Shown here: positions 56,149 to 64,000 of the stretch, one piece after another | Numbering within the stretch: position 1 is the first letter of the stretch | How the letters are laid out: each line of letters opens with the position of its first letter | Assembly (NCBI GenBank): GCA_020351995.1 | Contig: CP070674.1 | Span: 3,299,747 to 3,363,746, forward strand | DNA length: 64,000 nt | DNA from: Candidatus Zixiibacteriota bacterium | GTDB lineage: Bacteria; Zixibacteria; MSB-5A5; GN15; FEB-12 | Direction of reading: 5' to 3' | Notes under the pieces: model-generated | Database searches by the model: none | What the model was told of the DNA's origin: nothing | What the model saw: the letters and a program-made list of their open reading frames with translations, nothing else | Made by a program: the position numbers and the translations under genes

Positions 56149-58542
56149 ATGAAAAAACTCGGTCTAATTCTCCTGGCGGTATTGTTAGCATTTGGTAGCT
56201 TCGCCGCCGCCGAGAATGCCCACCAACTCAATCGCATTGACGGTGACCCACCCACCGAGGGATACATACCCAATGCGATAATCGTTCAGCTTGACGAGAA
56301 TTTCATCCCATCGCTCAACAAGGAAGCCTTCAAGTCAGCAAACGCGCTTCGCGGTGTTGCCGAATTCGATTTTATCGCACAGCGTTTCGGCATTACTCGT
56401 GTTGACAAGAAGTTTCCGGGGGTTACTTACAACGCCACTGACTCTCCCGAGAGACAGGCCCTGACGCGGTTTTTCAGGGTTCATGTTGAGGATGCCGATC
56501 TCGATGCGGTTATAGCGGCCTACGAGCGCCTGCCGATGGTGACGCAGGCTTACAAGATTCCGCTTGAAGCGATGGACGCCACACCCAACGATCCATTATA
56601 TACGACTCAGTGGAACTACTATAATACCTATGGGATTGACGCCAACCTGGCGTGGGATACCCAGACCGGCGACGCTACGGTTGTGGTCGGCATTCTGGAT
56701 TCCGGTGTCAAGTACGACCACACGGATCTGGGCGGGAGCAATCCCCCCGGGCCGGCTGACAACAGCACCAACGGTAATATCTTTGTCAATGACCAGGAAA
56801 TTCCGGGCAACAGCACCGACGATGACGACAACGGCTTTGTAGATGACGTAATCGGTTGGGACTTTGTAGAAGCCGGTATGCCCTGTAACGACGTTGACTG
56901 CAGTGGCGCCGACAACGACCCGATGGACGGTGTTGGCCACGGGACGCACGTATCGGGGACAGTAGCAGCAATCAACAATAACGGCGTGACCGTGTGTGGT
57001 GTTGCCGGGGGTTGGAATGACGGTACCACCGGAAGCACGGCTAACGGCGTTAAGATTCTGCCCTGCCGAATCGGCTGGAAGAGAGGCTCCAGCGGTGTTG
57101 TCTCCATGGATTATGCCGCAGAGGCCATGGTCTATGTGGGCGATCTCAAGGCGGCCGGTGTTAACGTTGCTGCCATCAACTGCTCATGGGGTTCGCGGGA
57201 GACTGCCGATCTGGCGGCCGCTGCGACTTACCTTACCAGTCAGGATGTACAGATTGTTTGTTCCGCCGGAAATGACAATACGGATGTTCCGAAGTATCTT
57301 CCCAGTCGGCCCGACTGCATGGCCGTGGGTTCCATCGATATCAATGGAAACCCGTCCTCGTTCTCCAACTGGGGTACCTGGGTTGAGGTAGCCGCTCCCG
57401 GGTCAAATATTCTCAGCCTCTATGGCGGCACCGGCGATCGGACAGCGACCATCTCAGGTACCTCCATGGCGGCCCCTCATGCGGTCGGCGTGCTAGCTCT
57501 CCTGGAGTCGGCTGATCCTTCACTGACCAGGCAGGACAAATGGGATATTATCTGCGATCCAGATAACGTCAAGCCTTACAACATGACCAAGTATGTGGGT
57601 GTTGGCATTGTCAGCGCCAAGAAGTGTCTTGATGCTTTAAGCAGCGGACCTTGCACCGACCCGCCGGTAGCCAATTTTTCGGGCACACCCACCTATGGCC
57701 TGGCCCCGCTCGAAGTGTCTTTCACCGATCTGTCATCCTGCGAGCCGACTTCGTGGGAATGGGATTTCGGCGACGGCAGCCCCGTCTCGTATGAAGAGAA
57801 CCCGACCCACACGTATACCGTTGCGGATGTCTACACGGTAACACTCACCGTATCCAATGCCTACGGCGAGGACACGGAGGTAAAGGTTGATTACATCACT
57901 GCCTATGAGCCGGGTGAGAATGAAATTCACGTGGATTCGATCTACGTATGGCGCGATAACATCGGCCGTAACTGTCGCGGTGTGGGAAGAATCTGGATAT
58001 TTGACCAGAACGAGCAGCCAGTGGCAGGTGCCGATGTGTACGTTACGGCCACCGGACCGGTGGGCGGCTCCGGAAATGCCCTTACAAATGACTCAGGGTA
58101 TGTGACGTTCAACACAGGTGCCACCAAGAGTTGCGATGGTGAGTGGTGCTTCGAGGTCACCAATGTCATTCTCGCGGGTTACGTCTATAACGAGGCTGCT
58201 AACGATATGACGTTAGTGTGCGAGAGCGGCATCGTCTATAAGGACAATCCGCTGGCTGGCACGCAGTCGCTGGTTCCGAACGAGTATGGACTTTCACAGA
58301 ACTATCCTAACCCGTTCAACCCAGGGACGGAGGTATCCTTCTCTCTCAAGGCGCCGGGACATGTAAGTCTCGTCGTATACAACATCCGCGGTCAGAAAGT
58401 GGCCACGCTGGCAGACCGTGAATACAGTGCCGGAATACACAGCGTTATGTGGGATGCGTCGAAGATGCCTTCGGGGGTTTATCTCTATCGACTTGAAACC
58501 ACCGACTTCAAAGAAACCAAGAAGATGATTCTATTGAAGTGA
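56149..58542 (+). CDS. Secreted subtilisin-like serine protease (S8) with PKD domain and T9SS-type C-terminal sorting domain
   Basis: Catalytic triad motifs GILDSGV, HGTHVSGT and GTSMAAPH. PKD WEWDFGDG. C-terminal LSQNYPNPFNP...GVYLYRLETTDFKETKKMILLK. GGAGGA RBS before ATG 56149. Confidence 0.9.
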   Translation: MKKLGLILLAVLLAFGSFAAAENAHQLNRIDGDPPTEGYIPNAIIVQLDENFIPSLNKEAFKSANALRGVAEFDFIAQRFGITRVDKKFPGVTYNATDSPERQALTRFFRVHVEDADLDAVIAAYERLPMVTQAYKIPLEAMDATPNDPLYTTQWNYYNTYGIDANLAWDTQTGDATVVVGILDSGVKYDHTDLGGSNPPGPADNSTNGNIFVNDQEIPGNSTDDDDNGFVDDVIGWDFVEAGMPCNDVDCSGADNDPMDGVGHGTHVSGTVAAINNNGVTVCGVAGGWNDGTTGSTANGVKILPCRIGWKRGSSGVVSMDYAAEAMVYVGDLKAAGVNVAAINCSWGSRETADLAAAATYLTSQDVQIVCSAGNDNTDVPKYLPSRPDCMAVGSIDINGNPSSFSNWGTWVEVAAPGSNILSLYGGTGDRTATISGTSMAAPHAVGVLALLESADPSLTRQDKWDIICDPDNVKPYNMTKYVGVGIVSAKKCLDALSSGPCTDPPVANFSGTPTYGLAPLEVSFTDLSSCEPTSWEWDFGDGSPVSYEENPTHTYTVADVYTVTLTVSNAYGEDTEVKVDYITAYEPGENEIHVDSIYVWRDNIGRNCRGVGRIWIFDQNEQPVAGADVYVTATGPVGGSGNALTNDSGYVTFNTGATKSCDGEWCFEVTNVILAGYVYNEAANDMTLVCESGIVYKDNPLAGTQSLVPNEYGLSQNYPNPFNPGTEVSFSLKAPGHVSLVVYNIRGQKVATLADREYSAGIHSVMWDASKMPSGVYLYRLETTDFKETKKMILLK

Positions 58543-58575
58543 TACCGCCTTATCGCATCTTTTCATAGGCTCATG

Positions 58576-58603
58576 GGGCGGCCCGAAAGGGTCGCCCTTT
58601 CTT
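58576..58603 (+). terminator. Rho-independent terminator
   Basis: GGGCGGCCC-GAAA-GGGTCGCCC (one G-U pair) followed by TTTCTT. Confidence 0.65.
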
Positions 58604-58664
58604 ATTCACCCGAAATGCCCGAAAAAACGTTGTCGTGCGACCGGTGGTGACATAGATTGGTGTC

Positions 58665-59651
58665 ATGCGAGCCATGATTCTCGAAAAGCCAGGGACGCTT
58701 TTGCGGCTAACCGAACTTGCCGACCCGACACCAAAACCACACCAAGTATTGATTCGGGTTAGCGCCTGTGGGGTCTGCCGAACTGACCTTCATGTGGTTG
58801 ATGGCGATCTGACAGAAGCCAAACTGCCAGTTGTTCCCGGTCATCAAATTGTGGGACGGATCGAGCAAATTGGCTCTGCGGTTTCCGCATTACGGCCGGG
58901 TGACCGTGTGGGCGTACCGTGGCTTGGTGGTAGCTGTGGACATTGTGACTACTGCCAATCCGGGCAGGAGAACCTGTGCGACCAATCGAAATACACCGGT
59001 TATCAGATGGACGGCGGTTTAGCCGAGCGGTGTGTGGCCGACGAGCGTTTCTGTTTTCCGATACCGGAGGGGTATCCCGATCTTCAGGCGGCTCCACTTC
59101 TGTGCGCCGGGCTGATCGGTTACCGTTCACTCCGGATGGCGGGTGACGGTAAGCGGTTGGGCTTTTATGGTTTTGGCGCGGCGGCTCACATCCTGATACA
59201 GGTGGCGCATTATCAAAAGCGCGAGGTGTTCGCTTTCACGCGAGAGGGTGATTCTGAGAGTCAGGCGTTCGCGCTCAAATTGGGAGCTAAGTGGGCGGGT
59301 AAATCGGAAGACTCGCCGCCGGAATTACTGGACGCCGCGATAATATTCGCGCCCGTCGGATCGCTGGTACCCGCAGCGCTCAGAGCCGTCCGCAAAGGAG
59401 GCACTGTTGTTTGCGCCGGAATTCACATGAGCGATATTCCCTCTTTTCCGTATTCGATTCTCTGGGGAGAGAGGGTGGTGCGCTCGGTGGCCAATCTTAC
59501 CCGGCGGGACGGCGAGGAGTTTTTGGCACTGGCTCCGAAGGTGCCCGTGAAGACTGTGGCGCACCCATATCCACTTGAAAGAGCCAACGAGGCACTTGGT
59601 GATCTAAGGGCGGGCCGTTTTACCGGCGCCGCCGTTATTGTGGTTGATTAA
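58665..59651 (+). CDS. Zinc-dependent alcohol dehydrogenase (MDR) family
   Basis: GVCRTDLH, PGHQIVG and the structural-Zn motif CGHCDYCQSGQENLC. Confidence 0.85.
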   Translation: MRAMILEKPGTLLRLTELADPTPKPHQVLIRVSACGVCRTDLHVVDGDLTEAKLPVVPGHQIVGRIEQIGSAVSALRPGDRVGVPWLGGSCGHCDYCQSGQENLCDQSKYTGYQMDGGLAERCVADERFCFPIPEGYPDLQAAPLLCAGLIGYRSLRMAGDGKRLGFYGFGAAAHILIQVAHYQKREVFAFTREGDSESQAFALKLGAKWAGKSEDSPPELLDAAIIFAPVGSLVPAALRAVRKGGTVVCAGIHMSDIPSFPYSILWGERVVRSVANLTRRDGEEFLALAPKVPVKTVAHPYPLERANEALGDLRAGRFTGAAVIVVD

Positions 59652-59673
59652 TGGAAGAGCATTTGGCCGCCGG

Positions 59674-61407
59674 TCACTGCGCCCTTACGGCCTTCAGATT
59701 CCCGCCTTCACCCAGAATGGTCATGCTGGAGTCATCGAAAGTTACCCGGATGTTTCGTGCTGCCCCGATGTCATAGGTAAAGAACTGATGATCCCCTATC
59801 GGCAGCAAGGTTAAGGGACCGATGTTGGGAGCCATAGTCGGCGCGATGCCAATCATATTGCCATCTTTCCAGATCATCAGGTAAAAGAAGCCGCTCTTCT
59901 GTCCTTGAATTTCCATTACCGTTTCGGTGGCGCCGGGTTCGTAGCCGGACGGCCACGAAAATTTTGCCACCGCCTCGGTGAGCGGTCCGGTCATTTCCGC
60001 ATAGCGGTTAAGTCTCATGTACCAGAGTCGTTTGATACGCTCCAGACGTTGGTCATCGTTGATCAAGACACGGAACGGTTCAAAATCTTCTTTTATCGCG
60101 GCCGAAAGAACCCCTGTTGAGCGCTTTTCATTATTCTTTACTTCGTTTAGCAGGCTATCGCCGGTTATGTATAGTCCGGTAATGGCATCTTTGCCATACG
60201 GTGTAATCTGCAGGCCACTTTCGGCGGAGGTCACGAGATACGCGGCGTCGTTTTCCAGCAAGAAATTGCCCTCATGGGCGATAAGATTGATCGATTGATT
60301 TGAAGCGCGGAGCGGCAGGTCAAACTCACCGCCAAAGACAAGGTCGGCGACCCTGTTACGTACGCCCTTGTCCATCAGGAACTCGGAGCCCGACCGATTG
60401 GAGAAAAGCACTATGGTGACACTCGAATCCACGTACCGTTTAAAATCGGCGGCACAGCCGAGCATACTTCCGCCATCATGCTGAATAAGTGTTCCCCGTT
60501 CAGTATCGAGCACGTCCCAGCCATAGGCGTAGTCATTGAGAAAGGGTGTATAAAGCTTGGCCCTGGCCTCGGCTGAGAGTACCTTATCGCCGGTGAGTGC
60601 CAGATGCCACTTCAGCATATCACCGGCGGTGGAGAGAATTCCGCCATTGCCAATGTAATTCCAATAAGGGTAATCCTTGTCCAGCGGAATGCCGTTGTCA
60701 ATGTCCCCGGCGTACCAGTGAGCAACGGTTACCCCGGACCAATCGGGGAGACGGTAGCCGGTGTATTCCATCCCGGCTGGCTTGAAGAGATGCTCCTGCA
60801 GGAATTCCTCATAGGTCATTTCCGAAGCGAGTTCGACTATAGCGGCCAGCATCGAGTATCCGCAATTGGAGTACCCGAATTCCTCTCCGGGAGGAAACTT
60901 CAGCGGAGCTTCCAGAATTCGCTTCATCATTTCCTCGCGGTCCACAATCTCAAAGTCCGAACCGAGGGCACCGGGAAAACCGGCCGTGTGGGTAAGAAGG
61001 TGGTGGAGGCGAATGCTTTGTTTTTCTTCGGGGACATTTTCAAAGTATTTTGATATCGGGTCGTCGGTGTTGAGCTTGCCCATCATTTCGAGTTTCATAA
61101 TCGCCGCCGCCGTAAACTGCTTGGTAATCGACCCGGTACTGAAAATGGTGCGTGAGTCATTGGGGGTACTGTCCGCGACAATGGCCAACCCATAGCCCTT
61201 GTTCAAAAGCACTTTGTCACCTCTGGCCACCAGCGCCGCGCCGGAAAATCCAAAGGGTACCAAGCGGGTCAGGTAGTCATCTACTTTTTGTGCAATCTCA
61301 CCGTTTACGACATCGCCCGACCGCCCGGCATCCCGGCTGACACAACCGCCGATAACAAGAATGACCATCGCCAATACCGTTATAAGTTTTCTTGTCAAAC
61401 TGCTCAT
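59674..61407 (-). CDS. Lipoprotein serine hydrolase of the beta-lactamase / PBP (class C-like) family with an extra C-terminal domain
   Basis: Lipobox VIGGC, S-x-x-K (STGSITKQ) and Y-x-N (YSNCGY). AGGAGC RBS before ATG 61407. Confidence 0.75.
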   Translation of the reverse strand: MSSLTRKLITVLAMVILVIGGCVSRDAGRSGDVVNGEIAQKVDDYLTRLVPFGFSGAALVARGDKVLLNKGYGLAIVADSTPNDSRTIFSTGSITKQFTAAAIMKLEMMGKLNTDDPISKYFENVPEEKQSIRLHHLLTHTAGFPGALGSDFEIVDREEMMKRILEAPLKFPPGEEFGYSNCGYSMLAAIVELASEMTYEEFLQEHLFKPAGMEYTGYRLPDWSGVTVAHWYAGDIDNGIPLDKDYPYWNYIGNGGILSTAGDMLKWHLALTGDKVLSAEARAKLYTPFLNDYAYGWDVLDTERGTLIQHDGGSMLGCAADFKRYVDSSVTIVLFSNRSGSEFLMDKGVRNRVADLVFGGEFDLPLRASNQSINLIAHEGNFLLENDAAYLVTSAESGLQITPYGKDAITGLYITGDSLLNEVKNNEKRSTGVLSAAIKEDFEPFRVLINDDQRLERIKRLWYMRLNRYAEMTGPLTEAVAKFSWPSGYEPGATETVMEIQGQKSGFFYLMIWKDGNMIGIAPTMAPNIGPLTLLPIGDHQFFTYDIGAARNIRVTFDDSSMTILGEGGNLKAVRAQ

Positions 61408-61525
61408 TTGAAGCTCCTCTTCCAGCACGTTTCAAACATTGGTTGGAACCTGGTGCTACGACAACACAATGTTACAAAGTTCTACAGACTATTCAAATAT
61501 TTGTTGCAGTGATATTTAGAATCAT

Positions 61526-64000
61526 TTAGGCCGGTGTATCGGTGGTATCGGGGACGTCGGCGCGAAATAAGGAGTAGATTCTGGTAAAACCGGGCAGGTC
61601 CTTGAAATTCGCCCGGGAATGTTTGTGGATATCACCGAGCTCATATTCGGAGGCTCCACAGTTGACCATTACGAAAGGCACTTTCTGTTCCCTACAGGCG
61701 TCGACCATTCTGAGTAGTTCCAGCTTGCCCGTAAATTGAGAATCGCAGATGACGATATCGGCCACCGAAGACAGGTCATGGGGCACGTTGACTATGTTAT
61801 CAACCGCGAGCAATCGTGTGTTGAGGCGACACGCGTCGGGATAGTATTTTTTGATGATAGACGTTTCAAGGGTAAAAATGAGAATCTGGAGGGCATCCCC
61901 GGGTTGCCGCGCCGGAGGCAGGTGCGATGCGTCTGATCGCGACAAAGGTAATGTCAGGGTAAATGTCGTGCCGATACCGACGATCGACTCGACGCTGAGT
62001 TCGCCACCGAACTCGTTGGCTATGTTCCGGCAAATCGACAGGCCGATTCCGGTGCCGGTGACTTCGTCTTTACCCCACACCCCCTTGGTGGAAAAGAAGG
62101 GGTCGAAAATTCTCTCGAGATTATCTTTAGGTATTCCCGTACCGGTGTCGCCGACGCGTATTTCCACGTAATCATCTGCGGCGAACAGGGCCACGGTTAT
62201 CACCCCATGTGATCTAATGGCCTGTCTCGCGTTGATGAGCAGATTCAACAGCAGTTGCTGCAATTTGCTCGCGGAAATCTCGACCGGCGGAGTATCCTCG
62301 AAATGCGTTACCAGCTCAATGGACTGGTTGTGCAATTCCTTCTCCACGAGTCGGACTGACTTTTCGATCAGCACCCGCAAGTTCTCCGGCTGCATTTCAT
62401 CCGGCCGGGCGCGCGAGTAAGTCAGGAGAGACATGGTCACGTCATTGGCTCTTTCCCCCATTTCAATTATCTTATGGAGGGTTTCCGCGGCCGTGGCCAA
62501 TCCATCTTTCCGGTCAAGCTGGTCCAGAGCAAAGGAAGCGTTACCGATGATCCCGCCGAGATAGTTCTTGAATTCATGGGCCACGCCGCCGGCCAGGGTA
62601 CCTATGGCTGAAAGTTTATCGGCTTCTATCAGCTTCTGCTGGGTTTTGAGCTCATGGGTAATATCGTTGCTAACCGAGAGGAAACTGACAATTTCACCTT
62701 CATCATTGTGGATGGGCGTGATTGTTTTTCTCTCCCAGTACAGGTCACCGCTGCGTTTTCGATTCTTGACGTTGCCCGTCCAGCTTTTGCCGGCAGTGAT
62801 AGTCCCCCACATCTCGGCATAGAATTCCTGGTCGTGTTCGCCTGATTTGAGAATGCCTATCGGTTGTCCGACAATAACGGGAAGGAGATAACCCGTCACC
62901 TGAGTGAAGTAAGGGTTAACATATTCCACAATTCCGCTGGTGTCGGTTATGCATATCATCGTCGATGATTGGTTGACCGCCGCCGAGAGCTTACGCACCT
63001 CTTTTTCGTGCCGAATAAGCTCGGTTATATCGGTGGCGTAGCAATGGATAAGATTCCGTCCGGCGACCGGGTGGAATGACCAGGTCCACGTTCTACCGTG
63101 GACCTCATTGACGATATTCTGCACGCCCTTTTCCGACTCCAGACACCGGGCGATTATCTTTTTGACCTGGGGAGGAAGACACTGATCGGCATCCTTGGGG
63201 CTTATGCCGATGTTACGCAGACGCTCAGCGGTAGCCGCATTCATATACAGCACCTCGCCGCTACTGTTAAGACTCATCACGACATTGGGATTGTTCGCCG
63301 GGAAGGCAGCCAGTTCGCCGAGTTTGTGCTCCGTCAACTTGCGCTCGGTTATGTCAAACATGTATTCGATGACCTGTACCACCTCTCCGCTTTCGTCCGT
63401 CAGCGGATAGCCGTGAACCTCGTGGTATCTTCTATCGCCGTTCCGGTCGAAGTGGATGTGTTCGACGACGCAGTGACTCCCGGTTCTCCTGACCGTATCG
63501 ACCGGACAGGGGTGGCTCTCGGACGAGCACGGGCTTTCGCGCTGGTGAGTAAGCTGGTAGCATTTGAGACTACCGGTCGACAAATCAGCTCCCGAGGTTG
63601 TATTGGCCATTCTTATGGTGTAGTCTCTGGCATCGAGGACATAGAAAGGATAAGTCAGAGAATCCAGGATCGAGCCCAGGAAACGGCCGTGCCGTTTAAT
63701 TTCTTTTTCCGCCCTTTGCCGCTCGAGGTTTCCGCTAATTTCCCTGGCGAGAGCATTGATCAGATACCGTTCCTCCTGCAGAAACGGTCCTTCGAACGAT
63801 TTTGGTTTCTCATCGATATAATAGACTTCAATGGCACCTACTTTTTCTCCGGCCAGATTGATATCGGCACTCTGTTTCCACAGGGTCGGCTTGAAGCCAG
63901 GCTTAGTATAAGTCTTTCCCTTAAAAGTAATACAGGCCTGGGTAACGTCGGGGTACTGCCACGACATTTCAATCAAATCGACAATTTCCGAGAAGGTTTT
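61526..64000 (-). CDS. Multi-PAS sensor histidine kinase with C-terminal receiver-like domain; the 5' end runs off the window
   Basis: The frame is open to nt 64000. Cys-motif PAS plus two more PAS domains. H-box GVAHEFKNYLGG; HATPase motifs GDTGTGIP and GTGIGLSICRNI. Degenerate REC-like tail. Confidence 0.85.
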   Translation of the reverse strand, partial: KTFSEIVDLIEMSWQYPDVTQACITFKGKTYTKPGFKPTLWKQSADINLAGEKVGAIEVYYIDEKPKSFEGPFLQEERYLINALAREISGNLERQRAEKEIKRHGRFLGSILDSLTYPFYVLDARDYTIRMANTTSGADLSTGSLKCYQLTHQRESPCSSESHPCPVDTVRRTGSHCVVEHIHFDRNGDRRYHEVHGYPLTDESGEVVQVIEYMFDITERKLTEHKLGELAAFPANNPNVVMSLNSSGEVLYMNAATAERLRNIGISPKDADQCLPPQVKKIIARCLESEKGVQNIVNEVHGRTWTWSFHPVAGRNLIHCYATDITELIRHEKEVRKLSAAVNQSSTMICITDTSGIVEYVNPYFTQVTGYLLPVIVGQPIGILKSGEHDQEFYAEMWGTITAGKSWTGNVKNRKRSGDLYWERKTITPIHNDEGEIVSFLSVSNDITHELKTQQKLIEADKLSAIGTLAGGVAHEFKNYLGGIIGNASFALDQLDRKDGLATAAETLHKIIEMGERANDVTMSLLTYSRARPDEMQPENLRVLIEKSVRLVEKELHNQSIELVTHFEDTPPVEISASKLQQLLLNLLINARQAIRSHGVITVALFAADDYVEIRVGDTGTGIPKDNLERIFDPFFSTKGVWGKDEVTGTGIGLSICRNIANEFGGELSVESIVGIGTTFTLTLPLSRSDASHLPPARQPGDALQILIFTLETSIIKKYYPDACRLNTRLLAVDNIVNVPHDLSSVADIVICDSQFTGKLELLRMVDACREQKVPFVMVNCGASEYELGDIHKHSRANFKDLPGFTRIYSLFRADVPDTTDTPA

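Overview
This is a 64-kb chromosomal segment from what looks like an uncultivated bacterium. It is moderately GC-rich and gene-dense, with many GTG/TTG starts and strong GGAGG-type ribosome-binding sites. I support about 50 protein-coding genes on both strands. I recognised no rRNA, tRNA, CRISPR array, transposase, integrase or phage gene. All calls rest on reading motifs in the supplied translations and DNA; no database search was run.

Content:
- Housekeeping and envelope genes: an ABC ATPase plus permease-like protein, an EamA transporter, a DedA/VTT protein, two outer-membrane beta-barrels, an LpoB-like lipoprotein, a LemA-DUF2207 pair and DUF427.
- Dense signal transduction: three histidine kinases, a 1,029-aa PAS/GAF/LuxR one-component regulator, two ECF sigma factors and several small HTH regulators.
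- Redox proteins: two tandem Tat-signal aldo/keto-reductase-ferredoxin fusions, two Cys-rich 4Fe-4S proteins and a Zn alcohol dehydrogenase.
- Two divergently transcribed secreted proteins, an FG-GAP repeat protein and an S8 subtilase. Both end in the NYPNPFNP-type C-terminal sorting domain typical of FCB-group and related candidate phyla.

The most unusual region is 16.0-23.1 kb. It holds a radical SAM/SPASM enzyme translationally coupled to a 140-aa basic protein with an internal repeat. It also holds an asparagine-synthetase-like protein whose N-terminal nucleophile Cys is replaced by Pro, and a secreted DUF3857/transglutaminase-like protein. A pair of diverged direct repeats of about 135 bp brackets the transglutaminase-like gene. 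One copy is the leader plus first codons of the AsnB-like gene. The other sits directly after the radical SAM stop codon. Substitutions between the copies are concentrated at codon third positions, so the element may encode short peptides. I flag this as a candidate, uncharacterised peptide-modification (RiPP-like) locus, not a proven one.

Other observations:
- A duplicated membrane-protein + winged-HTH module with a conserved 11-nt gene overlap and upstream palindromes.
- A C-x4-H-x5-C-x6-C-P PAS-like sensor domain shared by two signalling proteins.
- Several enzyme-like proteins lacking their canonical nucleophile.
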